DNA of 64,000 nt from an uncultured delta proteobacterium (GTDB lineage Bacteria > Desulfobacterota > Binatia > UBA9968): the NCBI GenBank assembly GCA_963767275.1, contig CAVYDL010000007.1, positions 190,420-254,419 of the forward strand, written 5' to 3'. The position numbers and the translations under genes are program-made. Below, one piece after another: positions 9,254 to 17,178 of the stretch. Position 1 is the stretch's first letter, and every line of letters begins with the position of its first letter. The notes under the pieces are model-generated. The model searched no databases. It saw only the letters and a program-made list of their open reading frames with translations, and had not been told where the DNA came from.

Positions 9254-10771
9254 TTACGACGCGGCCTTGATGAATTCGGCGGCGCGCTCGCCGATCATCA
9301 TGCTGGTTAAGTTCGTATTCGCGTGGGCTACGGTCGGCATGATCGAGGCGTCGCCGACCCAGAGATTATCCATGCCGTGGACCCGCAGGTGCTGATCGAC
9401 CACGGCCAAAGGATCGCTGGCGGGGCCCATCTTGCAGGTACCGGCGCCGTGAAAATAGCTGGTAAAGGTCGAGCGGGCGAACTTCTCCCAGTCTTCTTGT
9501 GGGCTTGGCGAGAACAGCTCGCCGCAGTATTTGCTCAACGGCTCGGTGGCCGCTAACTTCTGGACGAACCTCATCGCCGCGATCATGGCTTGAAGATCTT
9601 TCGGATGCTCGAGCATGCGCGCGTCGATGACCGGCAGCTCGGCGGGATCGTTGCTCGCCAAGGTCAGTTTGCCGCGGTTGGTCTGTTCCAAGAGGTGACA
9701 GGAGAAGCCGATCATATCGCCGATGCCGGACACGGTGGTGATCTCGCGCAGGATAATATGAAAATCGAGATAGTCGCGCGCCGGATCGCTTTTGTAGTAG
9801 AGCTTCAAGGTTGAGCGGCCGCGCGCTGCGGGTCGGTCGCGGTCGGTCTTGGCTGTGAGGGTCATCGTGACGACCGGATGGTCTTGATAATTTTCGCCGA
9901 CGCCGGGAAGTTCATGGGTGACTGGAATACCATGGGGGGCCAATGCCGCCCTTGGCCCGATACCCGAAAGCATGAGGATTTGCGGCGAGTGGTAGACGCC
10001 GCAACTCAAAACGATTCTGTCCCCGGTGGCTTGCAATTCGCGGCTGTCTTTGCGGTAGCGCACACTCTGGACTTTGTCACCGTCAAGAATCAGCCCGCAC
10101 ACCTGGGCGTCGCCGATGATGGTAAGATTGGCACGTGCCCGCGCCGGGCCAAGGTAGGCGACGGCGGCGGATTGGCGTTTGCCTTCTTTGATATTGCGCG
10201 CCGTCGGCGCGACACCCTCGGGATTCTCCACGTTCTGATCATCGAAGCGCAACACGCCGAGCTTCATCAGGGCATCGAGAAAGGCCTGCTCCTGGTCGCC
10301 CAGAGGAGCGTCGAAGATATGTTTGCGCTTGACGTAGATCGGTCCCGCGTTGCCGTGAATCGGATCGTTGGGAAAATCCTGGTCCGACTCCATGCGTTTG
10401 AGCACTGGCAGGACTTTTTCCCAAGACCATTCTGGGTTGCCCTGTGCTGCCCAATTGTCGAGGTCGGCTTTGATCGGCCGCGGGATCGACATCATGTTCA
10501 CCGATGAACCGCCGCCGGCAATGCGCCCGGCGAGGGAATAAAATTCGCTGCCATCGAAGTTACGCCGGGTCGGATACATCATGATGTAAGGACTTTCGAG
10601 CAAGACATTGGTCGCCTTGTCGGCATCGGCAACAGTCCCGGGGATCGGCTGTGGGTCCGGGCCGGCTTCGAGCAGCAAAACTTTTCGTTTGGGATCTTCG
10701 GATAAGCGCGCGGCGATCACGCAGCCCGCTGAGCCGCCGCCGGCAATGATGACATCGTAAACCTCGGACAT
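9254..10771 (-). CDS. GMC family FAD oxidoreductase (choline dehydrogenase/aryl-alcohol oxidase-like)
   Basis: GGGSAG FAD motif, GGGSSVN, VGENYQDH, HGAGTCKMG, ANTN. Confidence 0.93.
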   Translation of the reverse strand: MSEVYDVIIAGGGSAGCVIAARLSEDPKRKVLLLEAGPDPQPIPGTVADADKATNVLLESPYIMMYPTRRNFDGSEFYSLAGRIAGGGSSVNMMSIPRPIKADLDNWAAQGNPEWSWEKVLPVLKRMESDQDFPNDPIHGNAGPIYVKRKHIFDAPLGDQEQAFLDALMKLGVLRFDDQNVENPEGVAPTARNIKEGKRQSAAVAYLGPARARANLTIIGDAQVCGLILDGDKVQSVRYRKDSRELQATGDRIVLSCGVYHSPQILMLSGIGPRAALAPHGIPVTHELPGVGENYQDHPVVTMTLTAKTDRDRPAARGRSTLKLYYKSDPARDYLDFHIILREITTVSGIGDMIGFSCHLLEQTNRGKLTLASNDPAELPVIDARMLEHPKDLQAMIAAMRFVQKLAATEPLSKYCGELFSPSPQEDWEKFARSTFTSYFHGAGTCKMGPASDPLAVVDQHLRVHGMDNLWVGDASIMPTVAHANTNLTSMMIGERAAEFIKAAS

Positions 10772-10790
10772 TAATTAATTTCTCCTAACT

Positions 10791-10909
10791 CGTTCAACCG
10801 CTTCGCTCAGTTCAATCGCTGCGCTCCGTTCAAATCGTTCAAAACGTTTTCGGAGGTTCCGTCGGCTTAAACGGAGCGCAGCGGTTGAGCGGCTTGAACG
10901 GTTTGAACG
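10791..10909. repeat. Palindromic repeat of GTTCAA/TTGAAC units
   Basis: cgctgcgctccgtt pairs with aacggagcgcagcg; several gttcaa on the left and ttgaac on the right. Confidence 0.8.
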
Positions 10910-10912
10910 TGC

Positions 10913-11869
10913 TTAATTCCACTCGACGCCCATTTGTTTTAGCCGCCGGCGGTATTCCACCGCGGGGGTGTCGGGACCGCGCAGATGCAGCTCTTCGGCG
11001 AGATCGAGGGGCAGTTCCCAGGGACGCTGAGACTCGACGATGGCTTTGTCCTGCTCGAAGATCTTGCGATGCTGGGCGTTCAATTGCTCGTCCGGTTTAC
11101 TATCGCGGTAGTTGCGTCCGGCGAGACGGAAAAACCGAGTCTCGTTGCTGGCCACCGGTGTGCACAAATAAATATTGGTATGGCGTTCGTCGCCGCCCGG
11201 CTGGCTGCGCTGGATGGTCACCATGAACGGTAGGATCACGGTGTAGCGTTGCTTCGACGGGCTCTGGGCGCGCAGACGATTGACCGGGGTATCGATCTCA
11301 TATTGAAAACCGCCGGACACTTCCTGGAGTTCAATTACCGGCGACTCGGCCTGTTCTGGGTCGCCGAGGATGCCGGCGTGGACCCAGGGAAAGTGGGAGA
11401 AATCGGCGAGATTCTCGATCATGCGCGCGGCATTGGCTTTCCATTGGCCGTCGGAATTGTACGGTGCCCAGACGAAAGCAGGATCATCGATCTCCTTGGG
11501 AAATGCCGGAATGTCTTGTCGGGGTTCGTCGAGACAAACCCAGATCAGACTATGGCGCTCCTGCACATGGTAAGATTTCGCCCGTGCCTTGGCAGGTATT
11601 TCACGATCGGGGGGCAGCGAGGGAATCTTCACGCACGCGCCGTCCGCGCCGTAATTCCAGCCATGGTACGGACAGACAAGCTTGTCGCCGTCAATCCATC
11701 CCAATGACAGTGCCGCGCCACGATGCAGGCAGAGATCGTAGAAAGCCGCGACTTTGCCATTGACGCGCCAGAGCACTAACGGCTGGTCGAGCAGTTTCAC
11801 CGACGTGGGTTTGTCGGTCAGATCTTTGGACCAGAGAACGGGATACCAAAATTGCCGGAGAATAGTCAT
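10913..11869 (-). CDS. Rieske non-heme iron oxygenase alpha subunit (VanA/demethylase-like)
   Basis: CLHRG..CPYHGW Rieske motif, ENLADFSHFPWVH mononuclear Fe motif, IFEQD..IVESQRP. Confidence 0.92.
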   Translation of the reverse strand: MTILRQFWYPVLWSKDLTDKPTSVKLLDQPLVLWRVNGKVAAFYDLCLHRGAALSLGWIDGDKLVCPYHGWNYGADGACVKIPSLPPDREIPAKARAKSYHVQERHSLIWVCLDEPRQDIPAFPKEIDDPAFVWAPYNSDGQWKANAARMIENLADFSHFPWVHAGILGDPEQAESPVIELQEVSGGFQYEIDTPVNRLRAQSPSKQRYTVILPFMVTIQRSQPGGDERHTNIYLCTPVASNETRFFRLAGRNYRDSKPDEQLNAQHRKIFEQDKAIVESQRPWELPLDLAEELHLRGPDTPAVEYRRRLKQMGVEWN

Positions 11870-11946
11870 ACGTATGCTCCTGATAATCGATCACCAATTG
11901 TATTAGCAGATTGTGGCACGCTTGTGTCAAGCGAGCGCCGCCATGG

Positions 11947-12077
11947 GGTCTCGGTTCAGTTTGGCTAGATCCCTCTCTGCGTTCGAGATGACGACGAAAC
12001 GCAACCTGTCATTTCGAGCGTAGCGAGAAATCTTTCTACGTTTTTCAACCTGCCTGAAATCAAACTGAAGCGGGACC
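11947..12077. mobile_element. MITE-like element: outer inverted repeat enclosing a REP-like palindrome
   Basis: ggtctcggttcagtttg (11947-11963) vs caaactgaagcgggacc (12061-12077), 15/17 inverted; inner agatccctctctgcgttcgagatgac / gtcatttcgagcgtagcgagaaatct. Confidence 0.65.
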
Positions 12078-12181
12078 TCGCTACGGCCTAGCATTTTGCT
12101 AGGAAATCGCGATATGCCGTGTTACAAGGCGGCGAGTTTTACTGAGTATAGATGTGGCGGGAAACCACGAGGAAATCGAAT

Positions 12182-13153
12182 ATGAAGCTGATTCTGCTCG
12201 CATTTGTACTGATCTTGCAGCCGCCGTCGCCGGCGTTGGGCCAGGAGCGAATCAAATTTCCCGTCGGCGTTTCGTCCAAAGTATTGGGTTATGGCACTCT
12301 GTGGGCGGCCTGGCGGCGCGGCTATTTCGAGCGTGAAGGGCTCGATGTCGACGTCGTGCTCATGCGCGGCACGGCGCCGGCGGTGCAAGCGTTGATCGGC
12401 AACTCGATTTCCGCGGCATTGCTCGCCAACGACGGGCCGATCACCGCCGTCGAGCAGGGCGCTGATTTGGTGATGGTCGCCAGCGGCAGCAAAATCACTC
12501 ACATGCTGATGGGTGCAAAGAATTATAAAAGTTTCGAAGACCTGCGCGGCGCGACCATCGGTTCGTCCACGTTAACTTCCGGCACGACTTTCGTGTTGCG
12601 GCGCGCTCTCAAGCTCAAGGGACTCGAGTATCCGCGCGATTATAAACTCCTGAGCGTCGGTGGTACCACCGAGGCGTTCCTGGCCATGAATGCCGGTCAA
12701 ACCGCCGCTTCGATGATGGCCGTGCCCTATTCGTTTCGGGCCCAGGAGATGGGGTTTAATTTAATCGGCCGCATGGTCGATGTCTTTCCCAATTATTTGC
12801 TCTCGGCATTTTCCGTCCGGCGCAGTTGGGCCGAGACGAATCGCCCGGTGGTTGTGCGCTTTCTCAAGGCGGTGGTGCGCGCAAAAAAATGGTTCGAGCA
12901 AGATCGCAAAGCCGCGATTGAATACTTGGCGAAGGAATTTCAGCTGACTCCGGCGCTGGCGGAAAAAGGGCTGGACTACTACCTGCAAGCTCCCGCCTGG
13001 CATCCTGAACTGGAGATTGAAATGGACGGCTTGAAAACCGTCGTCGACATCTACGCCGAACAGAATAATTTAAAAGGGCCGATCCCTAACCCGGAGAAGT
13101 ATGTCGATCACAGTTATTTGCGCCAAGCCCTGAAGGAAATTGGGTTGAGATGA
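12182..13153 (+). CDS. ABC substrate-binding protein, NMT1/THI5 family
   Basis: Signal peptide; RGYFEREGLDV, DLRGATIG, PEKYVDHSYL. Confidence 0.88.
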   Translation: MKLILLAFVLILQPPSPALGQERIKFPVGVSSKVLGYGTLWAAWRRGYFEREGLDVDVVLMRGTAPAVQALIGNSISAALLANDGPITAVEQGADLVMVASGSKITHMLMGAKNYKSFEDLRGATIGSSTLTSGTTFVLRRALKLKGLEYPRDYKLLSVGGTTEAFLAMNAGQTAASMMAVPYSFRAQEMGFNLIGRMVDVFPNYLLSAFSVRRSWAETNRPVVVRFLKAVVRAKKWFEQDRKAAIEYLAKEFQLTPALAEKGLDYYLQAPAWHPELEIEMDGLKTVVDIYAEQNNLKGPIPNPEKYVDHSYLRQALKEIGLR

Positions 13154-13240
13154 CCCAATTACATTATGCGCGCCGGGCAAATCCTGATCGGCATCAGCTA
13201 GTCATGACACGTTCAGACAACTAGCTCACAGCTGCGCCCG

Positions 13241-13462
13241 TTATAGGTCTTGTTTGCCGTCATCGATCCAAGTTTTTGCGAATGCTAAGCCGTCTATTTC
13301 TGCTTCCGATTGCGTGGCAAAGTATCTGGTTATCACCGGATATTTGATCGCGTCGTCGGTTCCCTCACGCCAAATTATTTGGACCTTGGGCTGCCATTGC
13401 TTGGTGTCACTTATCTGCCACGCTGACACCGTGATTCTATGTCCCTTGTAGATTTCTTCCAT
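13241..13462 (-). CDS. Small hypothetical protein (73 aa)
   Basis: Protein-like composition: YKGHRI..F.T..EA..AKTWIDDG. Confidence 0.7.
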   Translation of the reverse strand: MEEIYKGHRITVSAWQISDTKQWQPKVQIIWREGTDDAIKYPVITRYFATQSEAEIDGLAFAKTWIDDGKQDL

Positions 13463-13604
13463 TACTTCAGCCTAACCTTCAGTCGGGTTTTTTCGTATTC
13501 TACCATGATAAAACCAGGAATAAGTACCGGGGAGATTCTGAGTTTTTTGGTTTTATTGGTCGGTTAGGTGTGGACCCGCCATCCTATTGTGGTATTTTTA
13601 GGCC

Positions 13605-13775
13605 ATGAAATTTGAAAACGACAAAGGCGATCAAGTGGAAATAAACTTTCAGAATTTCGAGAAGATATTGCCGGGAGACAAACCCGGCTATACGCCCGTG
13701 AAATTTAAGAACGGTGGAGAAGAATGGGTGCGGGCGACGCACAGCGAGATTCTCGAAGCCACTGTGGAAGAGTAG
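13605..13775 (+). CDS. Small hypothetical protein (56 aa), weak FlbD-like pattern
   Basis: Hand translation MKFENDKGDQVEINFQNFEKILPGDKPGYTPVKFKNGGEEWVRATHSEILEATVEE; shorter than any ORF in the track. Confidence 0.6.
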   Translation: MKFENDKGDQVEINFQNFEKILPGDKPGYTPVKFKNGGEEWVRATHSEILEATVEE

Positions 13776-13963
13776 AAGTCGGGAGAGTTGCGACATTATC
13801 ATCTGGATAACGCCGACGATTTTTTTCCACTCGACGGAGCAGCCGACCTGCGGGGTGTTCTCGGTTGGATTCATGAAAATCGCTTAATCCCGTATCACCT
13901 TTCAACTCTCTCGAAGTGGTCATTCTTTAACGCCGTTTCGTTCCTGCTAATCTAGCCCTATTC

Positions 13964-14188
13964 TTACTGGGCCTCCAATAATTTCCGCGCCTCGGCCAAT
14001 TTTTTCGCGTGGTCCAGATCAAGGCACGATTTGAGCTCTGTCACTCTACCGGTTGCCAAGCCGCAAAAAGCGCAGTAGCCGGCGTCGGCATCGCTTATTA
14101 CGAGGCGCGCGGTCGCCAGTTGGTGCTGCTCGCTCTCTTCGTGATTCTGTCGCGGAAAATTATTGACGCATACATAGCACCAAGGCAT
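13964..14188 (-). CDS. Small putative zinc-finger protein (74 aa)
   Basis: AGGAG RBS 7 nt before ATG; CYVC-x8-H-x5-H and a second CAFC..C..H set. Confidence 0.7.
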   Translation of the reverse strand: MPWCYVCVNNFPRQNHEESEQHQLATARLVISDADAGYCAFCGLATGRVTELKSCLDLDHAKKLAEARKLLEAQ

Positions 14189-14219
14189 AACGCTTCTCCT
14201 TTGCAGGGCGCTTTCGCCA

Positions 14220-14249
14220 ACAGGGTGTCTCTGATCTGAGACACCCTGT
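14220..14249. promoter_or_regulatory. Perfect 12-bp hairpin upstream of the zinc-finger gene
   Basis: acagggtgtctc-tgatct-gagacaccctgt. Confidence 0.5.
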
Positions 14250-14675
14250 CGTCTTCTGCTACCCTATAGTGGAAGCAGGATTAGTGCCCAGCCACTGCGT
14301 TCGCCGGATCTGTCACTACGAGAAGCAGACGAACCAAATGAAAAAGTAGAGCAACGCAAATCACTGCATGGGTGATTATTTGTGAACACGACACAGCAGA
14401 GGCTAGTGGTGAGAAGTAAAGCCGCGCAAATCGTTGCATGTGTGATCATTCTTTTCGCGGCGGATGCTCAGGTCCGGACGATATTTTTTCCTGTGACGAT
14501 CCGGCGGCGGAATTATCACCTGCAAGGTTATCGATATGCGGCGAATCATCGAGTTCACGCGCCGCCATTCGGACAAGCCACGATCAGCGCAGCTGCCGAT
14601 TTTCTGCCAGATACTTTGAAAACGCTGAATGTGTTATAAGCGTCAATCCGAATCTTTGCGCCGGAAGGCAACAGC

Positions 14676-15656
14676 ATGAACATCGACCTCCATTCGCATT
14701 TTTTTCCCGTCGAGGCGCTGCAGAGTCCCGGCAAGTTCGAAAACCGCGCGCCGAAGTTGGTGCTGGAGAACGGCAAATTGTCGGTGACATCGCAGATCGG
14801 TTTTCGCCCTGGGCTGGGCGCGGGCGCGTACGATCCGCTGGCGCGGATCAAGGCGCTCGATGAAATGCACATCGACATGCAGGCGATTTCGCCATCGCCG
14901 ATTTTGCTTTTTTACTGGGAAGATGCCGCGGTGGCGGCGCATTTCTCGCGCCGGCAGAATGAAGCCATACAGGATGTTGTCAAAAAACATCCGGATCGTT
15001 TTATCGGCTTCGGCAGTGTGCCGCTGCAGAGCATTTCCGAATCCATTGCCATCGCCAGGGAAGCGAAAAGCATGGGCCTCAAGGGGTTGGAGATCGGCAA
15101 CGCGGTGGCGGACAAGCCGCTCGACGATCCGAGCTTCGAGCCGTTCTTTCAAATCGCCCAGGAATTGGAGCTGTTGCTATTCGTCCATCCTCTCGAAGGG
15201 GGACTCGACGCCGACGATCCGCTGTCGCCGATACTCGGCAACGTTCTCCAGTTCACCTTTCGCACGACCTTGATGGTCGAGCGCATGATTCTCAAGGGCA
15301 TGTTCGAGAAATATCCCAACCTGCGATTATGTCTGTCCCACGCCGGCGGCTTGTTGGCTTTCAACATCTGGCGTTTGGATCATTCCTACGGCTTGCGGGC
15401 GGATTTACAGAAGCGGTTGCCGAAAAAGCCGTCGGCATATTTGCCGCAAATGTATTTCGACACCATCGTCCATTCGGTGGCGGCGCTGGATTATCTTGTG
15501 CGGGTGGTGGGCGCCGACCGGGTGGTGATCGGCACCGACTACCCGATGGCAATGGGGGATTTTGCCGCGGTGAATAAAGTCATGGAGCTGCAGATCGGTG
15601 ACGCCGAGCGCGCCGCGATCCTCGGCGGTAACGCAGCGCGCGAATTGCGGCTGTGA
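14676..15656 (+). CDS. Amidohydrolase_2 family, ACMSD-like decarboxylase/hydratase
   Basis: IDLHSH, FVHP, LSHAGG, YFDTIVH, GTDYP. Confidence 0.9.
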   Translation: MNIDLHSHFFPVEALQSPGKFENRAPKLVLENGKLSVTSQIGFRPGLGAGAYDPLARIKALDEMHIDMQAISPSPILLFYWEDAAVAAHFSRRQNEAIQDVVKKHPDRFIGFGSVPLQSISESIAIAREAKSMGLKGLEIGNAVADKPLDDPSFEPFFQIAQELELLLFVHPLEGGLDADDPLSPILGNVLQFTFRTTLMVERMILKGMFEKYPNLRLCLSHAGGLLAFNIWRLDHSYGLRADLQKRLPKKPSAYLPQMYFDTIVHSVAALDYLVRVVGADRVVIGTDYPMAMGDFAAVNKVMELQIGDAERAAILGGNAARELRL

Positions 15657-15758
15657 GCCGGTCGAAAGATGATTCAACACCGATCGCCGATTTAACGCAA
15701 GTTAAAAAAACGTATTTCTCCGCGTCTGCATTTCTGCGTTGAGTGATACGGCCGTCAA

Positions 15759-16826
15759 CTAGAACCCGTATAGTCTCCTGGGATTATCGTCCAAGATTTT
15801 TTGCGCGAACGCCGCGCCAATCTTGCCGCCATCCGCCAAGGTTTGAATCGCTTCGATGTCGTTGGAATAGTCGGCGTGGCCGTAGTCGGTGCCGACGGTG
15901 ATGTGATCTTCGCCGACGCAGTCGACCACGTAGGCGAGGTCGTCGGTGGTCTGGCAGGCGACGTAGACGCGGTTATCGCGCAGTACCGTGGCGGCTTCGA
16001 TGTGACGCTCCTTGGGCCGCGCCTGGGTGAGCGCATGGCCGGCGTACTTGCGCTGGAATTCGCGCTCGGCCTGGGTGCGGATGACGAGATCGTTGACCGC
16101 GTAGGGCAGCCACTGCGACGTGCTTTCGACAAACGACCAGCGCAGTTTGGGAAACCTCGCCGGCACGCCTTGATAGATCAAATTATTAAAGGCGCCCACC
16201 GACGGCAGCTTGAAGCGCGAGAAAACATCCTGGCCATATTGATCGTAGTAGTTAAAACTGCCGGTGCCGGCGTGGACGCAGATCGGCAGGTCGAGCCGTT
16301 CGGCTTCTTGATAGATGGGGAACAGCGCGGGATCGGAGAGCAGCCATTCGCCCTCGTGACCGCGCATGAAGACGCCGCAAGCGCCGCGGGCTTTGGCGAA
16401 GTTGATTTCCTCGATGGCTTTGTCCATGGATCGCAGCGGCGGCAGGACGATCCAGCGCAGGCGATTGTTGCCGAGCTGCCAGATATGCGCGAGCCAGCGA
16501 TTGTAACCGCGATAGAGCGCCAGCTCCACTTCGGCACGCGCCGTCACCGGCCGCAGGAACAGGGTCGGGTAGAGCACCTGGATGTCGATCTTCAAGGCAT
16601 CCATATGCGCCAGGCGAGCCGAGACATCGGTCAGGTCACGGGCGTCTTCCGGCACGTTCAAGCCGAGATTGGAATTGGCGATGACGCGGTCGTCGACCCG
16701 CCAGAAATGGATACCGTTCTTTTTCGAGATCAATACCTCGGGAGTGAAGCGGCGATCTTCTTCCAACATGAAGTTCCACGTCTGTTCGGTTTCGATAACG
16801 TGGGCATCGGCGTCGATGATTGCCAT
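15759..16826 (-). CDS. Amidohydrolase_2 family protein
   Basis: MAIIDADAH with AAGGAG RBS; QVLYPT, LPICVH, GTDYGHAD. Confidence 0.88.
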   Translation of the reverse strand: MAIIDADAHVIETEQTWNFMLEEDRRFTPEVLISKKNGIHFWRVDDRVIANSNLGLNVPEDARDLTDVSARLAHMDALKIDIQVLYPTLFLRPVTARAEVELALYRGYNRWLAHIWQLGNNRLRWIVLPPLRSMDKAIEEINFAKARGACGVFMRGHEGEWLLSDPALFPIYQEAERLDLPICVHAGTGSFNYYDQYGQDVFSRFKLPSVGAFNNLIYQGVPARFPKLRWSFVESTSQWLPYAVNDLVIRTQAEREFQRKYAGHALTQARPKERHIEAATVLRDNRVYVACQTTDDLAYVVDCVGEDHITVGTDYGHADYSNDIEAIQTLADGGKIGAAFAQKILDDNPRRLYGF

Positions 16827-17178
16827 GGCGATGGATTCTCCTTTTAAGGTCGTGGCTCGCGCTAGAACGTTTTTCTGGGCTCGCCCATATGGAATGGCTG
16901 ATTTCTTGTAGAACTGCCCACCCGCTACTGTCAAACGAAAGCAACGCCGGATAATTCGCTTCCCGAGCAATCTGCTTGGTTCGGCGGCAATGCTGGAAAT
17001 TCGCTTATTTGAGCTCAATTACCAGAGCGGTCTCTGAATTGGTTCGCAAAGGATAACTTTGGATTCCCCCGACCTGTGGAAGACAGCAATATCCCTATTC
17101 CAAAGCGACTAGCGCTACCGAGGGAAATTTCCTAAGATTCTATTTTCATCGGGAAAGTGCGACGGAGGCTTTGAATCG

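Noticed and set aside
10791-10909. Possible mini CRISPR array (GTTCAA.. units)
   Set aside because: Units are short, inverted rather than direct, have no unique spacers of regular length, and no cas genes are present
13584-13923. Minus-strand ORFs 13584..13874 and 13705..13923
   Set aside because: They overlap the more protein-like 56-aa plus-strand ORF and show no motif
15690-15742. Another palindromic repeat between the convergent amidohydrolases (ttaacgca..tgcgttga)
   Set aside because: Too degenerate to call; may be an eroded repeat or a terminator
15801-16847. Long antisense ORF (348 aa), and similar ones such as 23507..24463 and 47514..48296
   Set aside because: Shadow ORFs opposite well-supported genes, expected at high GC
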